From the human T2T-CHM13v2.0 reference genome, Homo sapiens, in assembly GCF_009914755.1 (NCBI RefSeq), contig NC_060930.1: a stretch of 64,000 nucleotides of DNA. One strand, given 5' to 3'. Shown here in pieces: positions 37,601 to 63,422 of this stretch. The notes below the pieces were generated by a model, which was not told where the DNA came from, did no database searches, and saw nothing but the letters and a program-made list of their open reading frames with translations. Each line of letters starts with the position of its first letter. The stretch's first letter is position 1. A program made the position numbers and the translations under genes.

Positions 37601-38226
37601 GTAGGTCTTGCTCTTGACCTTCGATTTGCCTTCATCAGGAGACTCTCTTTTAAACAGCATTTCTCCAATCACTGTGGTTAAACTGTTCATTCTCAGGTTT
37701 GTATACAGTGAGAAGTTTATGAATAAACAGCTGGGGTTTCGTTGGGGGCCATTCGCTTCCTAAAACCGAGAGGGTGAGGCAGGGTTGGGAGCGGCTTTCA
37801 GAGAGGACCCTGCAGGCTTGCAGGAAGCTTTGCGTTTTCTCTTTTGTTTTAGTTTTCTGATTGCTGTGAGCTTCCTAGAACTGGCATAAATGCTGTACCT
37901 ATAAAAAGGTGTTTCCTTTCCACGTCTTCACCATGAATTCACAAATGTCATCCCGATGGTTCAAGACTCAGACTCAACACGACTCAACACAGTGTGGGGT
38001 CTGCCTGTGCACCTCCAAGTGAGTGTTGATCCAGTGTTGCTGATTAAAGGGCTAAGAGTTCCCTCAGGGCCGCACGCGACCATCCACACACATCCCACTC
38101 ACACCCCGAGACCATCCTGCTCACATCTGCTCACACCCATTCACATTCCCCTCACACCTGCTCACACCCCACTCACACCGGCTCACACCCCGCTCACACC
38201 CTTCTCTGGATGACCAGAGTGCATTC

Positions 38227-38636
38227 GGTGTCAGGCTGATCTTCTAGGATCTAAAGCATTTTCCACGGAGGATGATGGAGAGCCAGGTGTGGACCGCTCA
38301 GTCCCTCCGTCTGTGGATGGTGACAGTGTGTTAGGTGTCAGGCTGATCTTCTAGGAACTGAAGTGTTTTCCATGGAGGATGGTGGAGAGCCAGGTGTGGA
38401 CCGCTCAGTCCCTCCGTCTGTGGATGGTGACAGTGTGTTAGGTGTCAGGCTGATCTTCTAGGAACTGAAGTGTTTTCCATGGAGGATGGTGGAGAGCCTG
38501 GTGTGGACCGCTCAGTCCCTCCATCTGTGGATGGTGACAGTGTGTTAGGTGTCAGGCTGATCTTCTAGGAGCTGAAGTGTTTTCTTGGAGGATGGTGGAG
38601 AGCCAGGTGTGGACCTCTCAGTCCCTCCCTCTGTGG
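38227..38636. repeat. 107-bp VNTR, ~3.8 copies
   Basis: ggtgtcaggctgatcttctagg starts at 38227, 38334, 38441, 38548. Confidence 0.96.
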
Positions 38637-38807
38637 TGTCCTTTCACCTGGTCAGCTTCGGGCTTGGGAATGTGTACAGGACCCCGGGGGAGAAGAGAGG
38701 CTGTGGTTTCTGCTCGCCCTTAGGTTGAGGCTGGGGCCTTCAGCCCACACTGACGGGGTAGGGGGCTGCATTCAGGCATTGCCATAGCTCTTCCCTTCCC
38801 AACCAGG

Positions 38808-48585
<9,778 letters not shown>

Positions 48586-48636
48586 CCTGGAGGCCAGGCG
48601 TTTCTAGCATTGTTGACTGCCAGTTTATTCCCAGTA

Positions 48637-48642
48637 AATAAA
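48637..48642 (+). terminator. TCP10L2: TCP10L2 polyadenylation signal AATAAA
   Basis: AATAAA 52 nt after the stop. Confidence 0.7.
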
Positions 48643-49745
48643 GCAATACGCTTTTCAGGAGGAAGATTTGTTTTAAATACTTAAAAAAAAACCCAAAACT
48701 ATAGCCTCAAATATCTTCCAGCCACCACATTTTAGCCCTTGAGGAGAGCTCAGTTCCGGAAGGACGCGTCAAGGTGGCGGTGGTCGGCATTGACTCAGGA
48801 AGGGGTGGGAAGAGGCACCTGCTGCGGCTGCGGCTGCGGCTACAGTGTTTTGTGAGCTCCGAGGAGACCCAGTCCTGCCTGGGGCAGCACATCATCGCTG
48901 CTTCTTCAGCTCAACAGTTCGTTCATCTCACGCCTCTTGCTGGCCTGTTAGAAACTGGGAGTCGGCCTCAGGCTAGCTTTGCTGAGGGAACTCTGCCTCA
49001 GTAAAAGCGAATTCATGTCTTGCAAGCGGATAAAGCATTTGGATAAATGAACAACAGGGAATGCTACTTGCAGTAACAGTTTGAATTCACTGAAATGCTT
49101 TTGTCTTTAGCGCAGTGGTTGTAGTGGTTTGTCAGGGGAGAAGGAAACCCACATCATTTGAGCACCTGACCTTGCCATCCCCATAGGCAGGTCCATGAGA
49201 CATAAGTGATGCTCCTCCTTGGCTAAGTGCATGGAGGAACCAATCGCTGAAGCTCATGAAACCACGAAGATGAGGACACAAGAACTAGGTAACGCGCTGT
49301 GCCCTCTGCTAGTGCGATCCTTCCTTTCTCCCCACAACCAGCGGTCACCCACCTCTGCCTGCTCCTACGTCTCTGGCTCCCCCACCCTCCCTCCCAGGTC
49401 TTCAACACTTTCCTCTTCTCGTGACTCATCTTGCATCTACTTCTTGTGTGTCTTGCATTGGATATGCCAAAGTTCTTTCCTTTTTTGTGTTTTCTTTCTT
49501 TTAATAATATAAACTCCAAAATAGATTGTTTGATTCTTTTCATGTGGAACATTTAAAATATTATTTGTGCTTTATTACTTCTGAGAGTAATTGATTCTTT
49601 AAACGTTGCCGCAGTTTTTAGTGTTGGTTAAAAGTTCATCTTCAGATACGGAACTGAACACAGCCCTGCTTCATTCACCGAGTTGGTTTGGGAGCAGGTG
49701 GAGTCATCTTAGTTCAAACCCCATCAAACAGGAGGCTGTTGTCCC

Positions 49746-49763
49746 GGCCAGCAGGTGGCGCAC
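49746..49763 (+). promoter_or_regulatory. Candidate CTCF site
   Basis: GGCCAGCAGGTGGCGCAC, near-perfect CTCF core. Confidence 0.72.
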
Positions 49764-50542
49764 ACCGTCAAGGTTTGTTTGGTGGATGGTTGAAGACAGT
49801 TTAAGAAGCCCAGCATTCGCTTTTATTCCCTTTGTATTTTCTCAGCTGAATTAACACCTATATTTCTGAGCTATGGTTAAGAGGGACAGTGTGACATAAA
49901 TAACAAAAACACATTTTGCCATTTGGAATTTTCACATGCACTTATCTTATCTCCCCAGATCTTGAGATTATTTCTCTCAGATATTTTCTTTTGCTAATCT
50001 TTACAGGAGTAATATTTTCAATGTGAAGACAAAGATATTCTTTCTACATTCCTTGTCCAGCATTATGCACATGAGGTTATATAATATTTGCTGATAGTTA
50101 ATTAAAATCAACACATCTTCGGGATGGGCCGTAGGAGCGAAGAGGTAAGGAGATTGGGATGAAAAGGAAAGAAAAAGCTTCCAAGAGTAATTTTTACGTA
50201 GTAATTACCACAATTCCCATGGCCCAGTACTCTAAACTCACCAAGTCAGCGGCCGTGGAAGATCTAGACTGATGGCCACTGTGGGACACGAGCTTATGAA
50301 AGACGAATGTTGGTGGGACAGATCATAGCACTTATTCATTACTGATAACCACATTCGGGGATGGGAATTTGGACCTGATCTACTCAGTCAGTACAGTTTT
50401 GGGGGAAATATCACACCCAGTGTCGAGAATGCCATGTAGGTGATAATCATGTAACAATTCTGAATTGAAGAAAAAATAATGAAACCACAATAATCAGGCT
50501 TTACATCATTTTTCATCTTGGAGCTTTTGTGTTTCCATAAAG

Positions 50543-50944
50543 GTAGAACAGGCACTGAGCGAAGGTTGTGCCATCACCACCTTCCCCGAGGCCAGCCAGA
50601 AGGAGCTGAGCATGGATAAGAAGGCGACCATCATCCGGTTTTCTTTTATTTATTTATTTATTATAATTTAAGTTCTAGGGTACATGTGCACAATGTGCAG
50701 GTTTGTTGCATACGTATACATGTGCCATGTTGGTGCGCTGCTCCCATTAACTCGTCATTTACATTAGGTATATCTCCTAATGCTATCCTTCCCCCCTCCC
50801 CCCTCCCCACGACAGGCCCGGGTGTCTGATGTTCCCCTTCCTGTGTCCAAGTGTTCTCATTGTTCAATTCCCACCTCTGAGTGAGAACACATCATCCGGT
50901 TTTCTAATGGTGACGTGAAGAAGATCAAACCCGATCAGAGAGTG
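50543..50944 (+). pseudogene. Relic TCP10 G-box exon A (50543-50644 + 50906-50944), split by L1
   Basis: ataaag|VEQALSEGCAITTFPEASQKELSMDKKATIIRFS-[L1]-NGDVKKIKPDQRV, homologous to the CENPJ TCP domain; expected donor reads ttgtgt. Confidence 0.88.
50645..50889 (-). mobile_element. 5'-truncated L1PA 3' end (245 bp) with 16-bp TSD
   Basis: Antisense L1PA 3' UTR text; TSD catcatccggttttct at 50629-50644 and 50890-50905. Confidence 0.95.
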
Positions 50945-51685
50945 TTGTGTACAATGGATGTTTTTTTTTTTATAAAAAAGATCTGTCTTTTTTTAAAAGA
51001 AATCACAACTAACTCAGTTATTAGGAACGATTTTGCACATCTGTACCCCCTTTCCTCTGGGTGTTCAGGATGGGTGGGGGGGGACGGGCAGAGCACAGGC
51101 TGTGGAGGCGGGCGAGGCTCTCTATGAGCCAGGCTGTTCTGCTTCCTTGGTGCGCTCAGGCAAGTGAGACCCTGTTGTCAAGACCCTCCGATCTGCGCGG
51201 TGACACAAGAATGCAGCAGCACCCCTCCTGGCTCTGAGTTCAGTCATTGTTTTCAGCTTTTCTAAGCCTCTGCAAAATGTGGCTGATAATTAGGACCTAA
51301 GTCAAAAGATGGTTATGAAAGTTAAGTAACATAGTCCATTAAATAATGTCTCTTCTGCAGAACTCTCTAGAAACACAGTGGTAAACACTTAGTACATGTG
51401 CATTGATTGTAGAACTAGCATTAGTATTGCAACAAAGTTAGGCAGAGTCAGGAACTAATCCCTGGTACAAGCTGGAGGTGAGATCCAGGGAGACGGTTTT
51501 TACAGCCGGGAGGAGGCACTGTGTCCAGCAGCCACCTTGCAGGTGGAGCAGAAAGCACAGGCTTGGGGTTCACGGGCTCAGCTGACTGGCAGCTCTGCCA
51601 GACCAGCTGTGCCAACACCAGCCAACTAATTCATCTCATCAAGCCTCAATTTCTGCATTAAAAAAATCAGGAAATATTCCCAGGT

Positions 51686-51907
51686 CTGGTTCTCAACTGG
51701 GGGCAATTATTCCCCCTGCCTTGAGGACATTCGCAATGTCTGGAGACATATTTGGTTGTCACAACTGGGGGTGGTGGGGGTGCTGCTGGCATCTAGATAG
51801 TGGGGCCCGGGGATGCTGGTAAACATCCCAATGCCAAGGACAGCCCCCCAACCCCACAGAGTTATCCTGCCCAAACTGACAATAGTTCTGAGGCTGGGAA
51901 AGCCCCA
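51686..51907 (+). mobile_element. MER20 hAT-Charlie element
   Basis: tggttctcaactgggggcaatt...gcaatgtctggagacat.tttggttgtcacaactggggg...ctggcatctag. Confidence 0.85.
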
Positions 51908-54051
51908 TTAGGTTATTATAAGGACCAAAGTTATGCCATGCATATATTGCTTGGCACCCATCAAGTACTCAGCAGCTGACAGCTGCTGTTACCATGACGA
52001 TCATCACTGGTAAAAGCCGATGATGTGTTTGTGGAAGAAAGCCACAGATCACAGTACCTGGGGGCCCACTTGATGCTGAGGAGCTGTGAGGATGCTGTGA
52101 CCCCCTGGTTCAAACTACATGTCTCTGTGTGTCTAGGGATCATGTATGGAAAACACAGATGCTGAGCAATCTGGAGGTCTTCTAGGCAAGGTCTCCAGGG
52201 TGGCAGTATTTTTGTCCAGATAATTCAGGGTATATAACTCGATTCTAACTTAAGAAAATTTGGATAATTTCCAAAACCGATTATAAATAAGGTGAGATAA
52301 GGGAGGTCAGGGCAGGGTTTGTAGTGCATTGAGAATAGTCTCTTAGTACCCACACATTACCAAATTGTATTCTAAACATTTCCTTCTTTAGAATGATCAG
52401 TTTCCCTGTTGTTAGCCAAGCTTTGGGTACAAATGTAGAGGCACAGGGTCCAGGAGTTCTGAAAGACTGCAGAGCGCGCCTCTGTTTTTTGTGTTACTTG
52501 CTTTAATGAGAGGCGCCTGCTTGTGGCTCTGTGATTTTATCCCAGCGAAGCCTCTTGACCCTTCCTGAGGGTGGATGTTAGAAGCCCCGAGCGTGGACAC
52601 AGGCGTGGTGTGCCCACCACGTGCTCTTCCACCGACCTGAACTAACTTGCATGCTCCCTTTTTTGCAGGGAAATGCAGACAAAGAGCTTGGATGACCCCC
52701 TTTAGACGGTGGCCTGTGTTACGCCACTGCCCAGTGGAGGAATCTGTGATACCGATCTCATAGCCTGCCCCAGCCTTTCATTGTGAGGTCTAGGTTTCCG
52801 TCACTTTGGAGTAGGAAATAGCCGTTTCTTAGCCAGATGTGGGGGTGTAGGGAGGCAGAGTGTGACAATATAAGAATTGATGCGGTGAGGATGAATCAGC
52901 GGGAGAGAACAGGGCCTGGCACAGGCCTTGGAAGGACATCCTCCTATTCTGACCTTCTGCGTGGTCAGAGGGAATGGCCACTGCAGGCCAGCGAGTGTGC
53001 ACCTCCCCAGGTCTCCTGAGGGCACCTCTGTTCCCCTCAGACCTCTCTGGTCTCCAAAGGGAACCCTGACCCCAGCGAGGAGCCTGAGCTTGGACTTGAT
53101 GATTATTGGGATGATGCAGAATTGAGAATTTGTGGCTTTCTTCTGACATTTGGACAAATGTCCCCCATGTGAGAAAAATGCCTTTAAAATAATGGCACGG
53201 AAATAGTCCCTTCGACTTCAGTGTCATGGTTTTTCTAAATAAGTCACCTCTCCTATTCTCTCCTGCCTTCTCTCAGCCTTTGACGGGCAGCGATGCTGTT
53301 GCTATGATAGATGGCAGACATGCAGTGACACACCGGGGTCCCAGAGCTCAGGAGAGAGTGGATGCCTGTCCGTGGTCCCACTTCAAAACAAACATGTACA
53401 TCCCACGGTTTTCTAGTTCTGGACCCTTAATTTTTTAATAATTCCCCCTTCCCTACTTATAGTCAAGGCTCGCTTGACCATAAGGAATGTCCCCTCCCCT
53501 CCCGGATGACTGTCCTCTTCCAAAGCAGCTCCTTCCCCTCTTCTTTTCCCCACTTTATTGGAAACCAGAGGGGGTCACAATGATGGGAAACTTCACAGTA
53601 ATGTGACAATTCAAGAGGCACAACCCAGGGAGTGTTTCTGTTGTTTGGAGCTGCTGGGAGACCCTTGGTCTCTGAGCTGTGGGGTTTGGGTCTTAGGGCT
53701 CCTCACTCATATTCACTATGCTGGACCTGGACCTCCTGCAGGCCCCCAAGGCTGCCAGGCCCAGCAAACTCTAGCTCAGAGCCCACCAGGTGAAGGACCG
53801 GGAACTCCACCTCGGTCCAGTCCTCTCTCCCACGAGCCTAGAGCCACAGTGTCTTGACTTTTGGGCTTGGGTGACAAGCCCTCCCCCCATGCCCCCTTGC
53901 TGTGGAGGGTGCCCATGGACAAGGTCAGCCCACTCCCACCTGCTGGGATGGTGCTTTTACCCACCCGCAGGAAGGACTTTACTAGATTAAATCCAGGTTC
54001 AAAATGATAACATAGACTACCTCCCAACATAGGTGTTTCTGGAGCTTACAG

Positions 54052-54137
54052 ATTTACTATCACGCAAATGCTCAGACAGTGTGCACGACCTAACCCTGAC
54101 GGTTTGGAAGTTGTGCAGTTTCCTAACAAGCAGACAG
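54052..54137 (+). pseudogene. Relic TCP10 G-box exon B with +1 frameshift/stop
   Basis: ttacag|IYYHANAQTVCTT then TAA at 54091 (TAC>TAAC); shifted frame PDGLEVVQFPNKQT; donor G|gtgagt. Confidence 0.88.
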
Positions 54138-54564
54138 GTGAGTAACGTCACCAGGAACCCGCGTGGGTAGGTGCCTTTGCATGTGAGTGTGTAGAGGTGT
54201 GGAGACTTGCAGGTTAGCAGATACCTGAGCCCTGTAGGCAAGTTCCCCATAGCAGCAGCTGTCCAGATAATTTGGGGCTTACCCTGCTTAATGTATGTTT
54301 TCCTGGTTCTTATCCAAGAGCTGTGAGCCTGTGGCTTCTGTGCGGGTGTGTAAGTGCACCCAGGTCTGGATGCCTCTGTAAACGCCGTCAGACCTTAGTC
54401 AGGGGCTTGTGTTTCAGCTTTTCTGGGTGAGCCTGGCTACATGGCTCGAGCAACAACTGAGATAAGTGGGTGTTACTTATTCGCACAGCCTAGTCAGCGC
54501 ATTGTCCTAAAAGCCACCACATTCTTTCCTGAAGTCTCGCCTGGACTCTAAAATGCCATCCTCT

Positions 54565-55314
<750 letters not shown>

Positions 55315-55356
55315 CATTAGATAATGAGAGAACTGTTTTAAAAATATCCCAATTTG

Positions 55357-55656
55357 GGCTGGGTGCGGTGGCTTACGCCTGTAATCCCAGCACTTTCGTG
55401 GGCCAAGGTGGGCGGATCACCTGAGGTCAGGAGTTCGAGATCAGCCTGGCCAACATGGTGAAACTCTGTCTCTACTAAAAATACAAAAATTAGCCGGATG
55501 TGGTGGCGTGCACCTGTAATCCCAGCTACTCAGGAGGCTGAGGTTGGACAATCACTTGAACCTGGGAGGCAGAAGTTGCAGTGATCCCATATCATGCCAC
55601 CGCACTCAGGCCTCAATGCAGAGTGAGACTCCATCTCAAAAAAAAAAAAAAAAAAA
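55357..55656 (+). mobile_element. Alu (S-type)
   Basis: Full dimer with A-tail. Confidence 0.94.
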
Positions 55657-56945
55657 TTCCTACTTTGGTTATGAATTTGCTAATATTTATTTGTAGTTTT
55701 TCTCTTTCTTTTGAATTGGTTTCTTTTTAAAAATCCTTAACCAGTAATACATATTTTTATACCTTTAATGCTTTCTGCTTTAAGTCTATTAAATCTAATA
55801 GGTACAGCAGCTTTCTTTCAGTTAGTTAATATATGCCTGGTATATCTGTTTCTATTCTTTCTTTTGCTATTTCTAAATCTTTACCTTTAAATGTGATCTT
55901 ATAAGAAACAGACATTAAGAAAAATATATAATCTGAAAATAACTTTCCTTTTAACCTGAGGTTTTATTGCATAAACTGAAAATGTATCAGTGTCCTTACT
56001 GTCCTCTACAACCAAATCAAGAGTCTTTTAGTCCGAATTCCCCTCCCCAATCTTTCACGCCATTGTGTTGGCTTCTGCCAGGATTTTTACTCTAACTTGA
56101 TTTTCACCCTCAGTATTAGTTATGATTATTACCGTGGTGTTTATGTAACCAGTGTTTACTTTAAACTTTCTAAATTTATGCAGAATTTGGGGCTCTTCTT
56201 TCTTATATTTTGGGCCTTTCTTCTTGGCACAATTTCCTTCTACTTGACGAGCATGAGGAGACGGGGGCAATCAGCCCTTTTGGCTCATCTGAAAATGTCC
56301 TTTGTTTTGCCTTGTTCATGAGTGGTCGTTCGTCCTGATGCACCTTCTGACCCCTCATCCCATAGCTATTACATGGCCACCCTGTGGCAGGCATTGTTTT
56401 AGGGCTAGGGATCCAGCAGTGAGCAAATTTGTGAAAAGTTCTTATTTCATGACATTTTATTGGAGGGAAGCATAAAATAATCAGGTAAAAATAAATATCA
56501 ATATAAAAATCAGTCTCTATGAAAAGCTACAGAGAAAAACAAGAGGGTAGAAAGCAGGGAGGGAGAGTGCTGGGCTGCTGCCCTAGGGGGCCATCTGTAT
56601 GCCGTTGAGGAGGGCCTCACTGAGGGGGGATATTTTAGGGATCCATGAGTGATGTGAGAGAGGGAGCTGTGTGCGTGTCAGGAAGAACATTCTAGAGTGA
56701 GAAAGAGCCGTGAAAAGTGTGTGGTGTGTCTGAGGAAGAGCAAGGAGGCCGGTGTGGCAGGGGTACAGGAGATGAGGTCAAAGTGCCAGGACCAGGCAGT
56801 GTAGACCATTGTGGAGAAGCCATTGGATAGTATTGAGCAATGGAATGACAGTGATTTTTCTGAGCGTGTTGAGGACTTTATTCCACTCCCACACGGTGTC
56901 TGCTGGAGGATCTGATGGTGGACTAATTTCTTCCTTCGAACGTGA

Positions 56946-57330
<385 letters not shown>

Positions 57331-57371
57331 GTTGTGCATCTTAAATATAATCACTGTGTCTTTCAGAAGCT

Positions 57372-57568
57372 TAGGTTGCCAGATTTAGCAAATAAAAATG
57401 CAGGATGCCCAGTTGAATTTGAATTTCAGGTGAATAACAAATGATGTTTTTTTGTTATGAGTATGTACCATGCAGTATGTGGGACATACTTATACACTAA
57501 AAAGTCATTTGTAGTTTATGTGAAAATTCAGATTTAACTGGTGTCCTATATTTTATCTGGGAACACTA
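57372..57568. mobile_element. MER53 palindromic hAT element
   Basis: taggttgccagatttagcaaataaaaat...tgtcctatattttatctgggaacacta. Confidence 0.8.
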
Positions 57569-59471
57569 TCAAGTTCAGGGAAATTCAGAACTATTATCTT
57601 TACCAATCTTACCTTTCCTCCATTCTTTCTCTTCCTGTACTTCCAATTATAGCTGCATTACACCACCTCATTCTAGCGTCTTTCCCTCTTCACATATTAT
57701 ATTTTCTTGTTATCATCTGGGTAAATTATTTTTCTGGTTTCTCAGTTTTCTCTTCAGCTGAATATTATGTGCTATTTAATATATCATTTAGCTTTAATTT
57801 TGAAGATTATATTGATTTCATTTGTTCTTTTTCAAATCCACCAAGAATTTTTTCTCTCTTTCATTTTTAATTTCCTACTTTAATTTTTTAAATATTCTAC
57901 AAACATTTGCCTTGTCATCAGTTTCTGGTAGCACCACGCTTGCCGTCTCGGAGCTCCGCGTGACACTGGCTGCTGCTAGCTTGTCTCTGCTTCCAATACT
58001 TCTGGCATTTCCTCATGGTGTTGCGCTTCCTCACCTATTTTATATTTGTGCTGGCAGCCTGTGTTGGTGGCGATCCTATGGGGCCCAGTCTGGGAGATAG
58101 TATCCAGAAAGCTTTGTGTTTGCTTCTGCCAGGTGTCCCAGGGCACGACCAGCCTGGGATCACTTCATGTTAGCTTCTTAGTTTAAGGTGTCCCAGGTAC
58201 AGGTAGCAGAACTGCAATTGCTAAGGGTAAATGAGGGTCACCCTGTAGTAACACATTCTTTGGAAAGAGCTCAGAGAGAGACAGCAACACTCCTTGGTGC
58301 TCTCCATCTGCCGGCAGGGAGGTATTTTCTAGTTCCCTCTTTCTTTGGGCCTCTAACCCTCAGAGAGTGTCCTCTTTAAGTTCCCAGACAAAGCCCTTCA
58401 TCCTATCCCAGCAGAGTGACTAAGGACCAAACCTCCTGGAGACTGCAGAGGTCACCAAGGCAGCCGCAGGTCAGGTTCGAGTCTGCATTCCAGCACCCTC
58501 TGGGATTTGTAGCCCCTTCCATGAACTTGGGTGCTCATTTCCCAGGGATTTTGTGATTTGCTTGAGCATTCCTCGGTATTTGTAGTGGATGTGTGGCTGG
58601 GATGTCTGATCTGCCCCATTGCAAGGGCAGAATCAAGGCCGCTGTGGGGTATCTGCTCCTCCGTGACACAACGGACCTCCAGATGGGCCCTTGAAGCTGC
58701 TGAGACACACTGTCCTGTGAATTCCTGGCTCCCACCCTTTTTCTTTTTGTCCTAATATTTCAGCCAGTGCAGCTGTGTGTCTTGTTAGAATTTTTGCCTT
58801 CACAAGCTGTCATTTAGGCTCTGACTGGGCACATAGCAGCAAAGTGGGCACTAGAGCATTTGTTTTCTTGAGTGACCTCCAGCAAACATTCGACAAAGAA
58901 AAATTACACTTGCTAGTTTGCAAAGGCCATGCTGAGCGATTGATTAATATTAACGCCAGTCTTCTGAAAAAGAAAAGTATTTATAGGTCTGTATTTTATT
59001 TTTGTTTAAAAGACCTAAAACTTTGACTCTCAGCTGGTCCATGTAGAAGGTCTCTGATCAGTTAATTTTCCAGCAGGAATTCTAAGTTCTGTTACTGTTC
59101 TTGGATATATTTATCAGACGTTCAACAGTTCTGCCTACGGCTGATATTTCAAGAACAGAGTGAAACAGAAGTCCCATTGTTTCCCACTCCTTCCATTTTA
59201 CAGGTGCAATTGTGTGTCTCATGCATGGTTCTTATACATTCATACAAATCAGCCAAGAGTCAGGCATTGATATGTACCAGGCAGGGAGTGAATTCAGTTG
59301 CTCTCAGCTGTTGACCCAAAGAAGAGCCCCCAGTTTCTGCAGGGTGTTCCATTAATATACAACCGGAAAACAATCTTTTACCATTTTGTGCTAAAAATTA
59401 TTTTAAGGGGTAGAATTTTTCCTCAGTTGTCAGATTCTTCACTGTATTCATTTTGCTTAAATACAGTTTGT

Positions 59472-60394
<923 letters not shown>

Positions 60395-60853
60395 TCAGCA
60401 GGCTCCACAGCGAGTTCCTCAGTGTCCAAGGGTTCTGTCTCCAGTACAAGGTGAAAATCACTGTTATTCATCCCTGGAGGATACCATAGAGGGTGAATTA
60501 TGGCTCTTTCCTACAATTTATTATTCAGCTGAAAACTGCAAATCAATATGAAAATGTCAAGTTGAATGTTTACCATAGCAAGAGTCAAAAGCATTCAGAA
60601 GCAGAGGGCACCGACTGTGGGGTTCATAATGGAGATTGGACTTCAAGCATAGGGACTCAGGGAGTCAGACAGCGTATGGGTGGGAAAGGAAACTTTCAGC
60701 CAGGGAGATCACTTGAGCAAAGTTGGGAGAATCTAAATTTTGTGCTTTAATGAGACTGAGATCATTCTGCCCAGAGCAAGATATTCAAGTGTAAATAAAA
60801 AAATGATAAGAGCAAGTACAAAAATGCATGTTGAATACCGGTTCTTTATGGAG

Positions 60854-61198
60854 TGTGCCTTATCCTGTTCAGGCTGCCATAGCAAAGTGCCATAGACTGG
60901 CTGGCTTGTCAACAACGGTGTTGGGGCTGGAAGTCCATAACGAAGGTGCCGGCAGCTTCACTGTCTGGTGAGGGCTGCTGCCTGGTTCACAGACGGCATC
61001 TTCTCATTGCAGCCTCACATGGTGGAACGGGCGAGACAGCTCTCTGGGGTCCCTTTAGTAAATGTGCTGATCCCATTCACGGGGCCCCACCCTCATGACC
61101 ACGCCACAGCCCAAAGGCCTCATCTCCCAACACCATTGCTTTGGGGATTAGGTTTCAACATACGAATTTGGGGAGGACACAGCATTCAGCCCATAGTA
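60854..61198 (-). mobile_element. MLT1A-type MaLR LTR
   Basis: caggctgccatagcaaagtgccatagactgg.tggctt...ggggattaggtttcaacata.gaatttggg. Confidence 0.8.
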
Positions 61199-61413
61199 GA
61201 GCAGATCACCACAAAGTAGGTTTAAGCAGCTAAGTGACACAAGTGTCCTGGTTTGGAAATATAAATTTACTGAATTTGCAATGATAGGTGTGTATGTTGT
61301 TTACAACCTGGTTGAAACAGTGAAGCACAGCAAATGTGCTCTCAGATGTTCACACAGTTTTTCTTCTTGAGTATTTTCATACAGTATTGAAGTCCTTAAA
61401 CTTTTATTATAAG

Positions 61414-61922
<509 letters not shown>

Positions 61923-62047
61923 GTTATAAAGCCAGATGATTAGAAAATACTCTCTATAAATCTCATGAATATTTTATAGATTATTTGCATAGAACATGTT
62001 TCTAAACAGATTCAATGTAACATACACTGAAAAACTGCATTCTGCAG

Positions 62048-62165
62048 AAAAATTCTACCCCAATGGCTCCAAAGAAATCGTGTTTCCCAATGGGACAGTG
62101 AAACATTTCAAGGATGGACAGGAAGAGACCTTATTTCCTGATGGGACAATCGTAAGGGTGGAAAG
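62048..62165 (+). pseudogene. TCP10 G-box exon C (frame and splice sites intact)
   Basis: ctgcag|(E)[38 protein letters not shown](R)|gtcagt; (P)N/DG repeats of the Tcp10_C domain. Confidence 0.88.
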
Positions 62166-63160
62166 GTCAGTAAAGTCAGACAATGCGAATTTGAAACATC
62201 CCCAGTTTTTGTTTATTTAATAATTTCTTTATATTAATTTAAGTTTTTGCAAACATTTAAGTGCTTGTATTAAAAAAAAAGAAAATAATGTCATTGACTC
62301 TAGAAGTTTTGTCTTATGGCCTTGATTTGAATCCCTTTACAGAGACCATGGGTTTCAAATGGACTTTTAGGTATTTACTTCACTGACGTTAGGTTCGTTT
62401 GAATTATAACCGTAAAAATCACTCCAGTCTTCAGTGCTCACCTCAGACCACGTAGTCTAGAAGCCCGAGTCTATTGCAGAACATGTGCAAGCAAATGTTT
62501 AAGGCACACCAAGGAAGAGCTCATCAGAGCTGCTATTTCAATGCTAGTTTGTGCAGAAAGTAAAGATCCACTCAGCTGCCCGAGGGAGAGTGTGGGAAGT
62601 TGTTTTACACCTTCCCTGTCTTTCCTGATATCAAAGTGAACACAGATTGCTGTGGGCTGTGTCTCCTCGCTGCCCCGCCTCCGCCCTTTCTCTGAGGTCT
62701 GAGGTCTCCCGCTCTCACCATTTCTCCCCTGGGCAATTACAATAGACTCCCCCAGCTTCCTCACAGCAGTCAGAACCTTCCCTGTCACCTCCGGGGCCAC
62801 TTTTCTGAAATGATTCAATGTGTGTCTCTGTCACTCCCTGTGTCAACCCTGCCATCCCTCTCACCATCAGAGCCAGCTGTCAGCACAGGCTTCAGCCTGC
62901 AGGTGAGCAGATGCGGCTGACCTCCCGCCCTGCCTCCTGGCCCTCCCCACCTGCCCTCTCTCACCCACACCGAGTTTCTGCCGATTCCCTGAGCCCCCCG
63001 TGCACCTTTCCTGCCCCTGCCCGTGGCCTTCTGCACCCTCATCTAACGAGATTTGGAAGGAGGGCTCCAGACCCGGGTGGGGGCATTATTCTGTGCTCCC
63101 CCAACCCCCACTGGCCTCCACCCTGGCACAGGCCGCCTTACCATGTGTTTCTCCTCTCAG

Positions 63161-63422
63161 GAACGGCGACAAAACCATTGTGCTCAGCAACGGGCAGAAA
63201 GAAATCCACACAGCCCGGTTCAAGAGGAGGGAGTACCCGGATGGCACCGTCAAGACTGTGTATTGCAGCGGCTGTCAGGAAACCAAGTATGCCTCCGGGA
63301 GGGTTAAGATCAAAGATGAAGCTGGAAATGTCGTCCTGGACGAGAAGCAGATGAGCCCTCAACACGCAGCATCACATGGGAAATGCCAATTGCAGATTTT
63401 TGCTAAAACAGACAAAAACTAA
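63161..63422 (+). pseudogene. TCP10 G-box terminal exon D (frame and acceptor intact)
   Basis: ctctcag|[58 protein letters not shown]...TDKN*; [15 protein letters not shown] is the CENPJ/SAS-4 signature. Confidence 0.9.

Noticed and set aside
35740-38636. CRISPR-like arrays
   Set aside because: Head-to-tail repeats with no unique spacers, no cas genes, primate genome
57372-57568. Long hairpin resembling a pre-miRNA (also 61414-61922)
   Set aside because: Explained by the palindromic MER53 transposon; no evidence of processing
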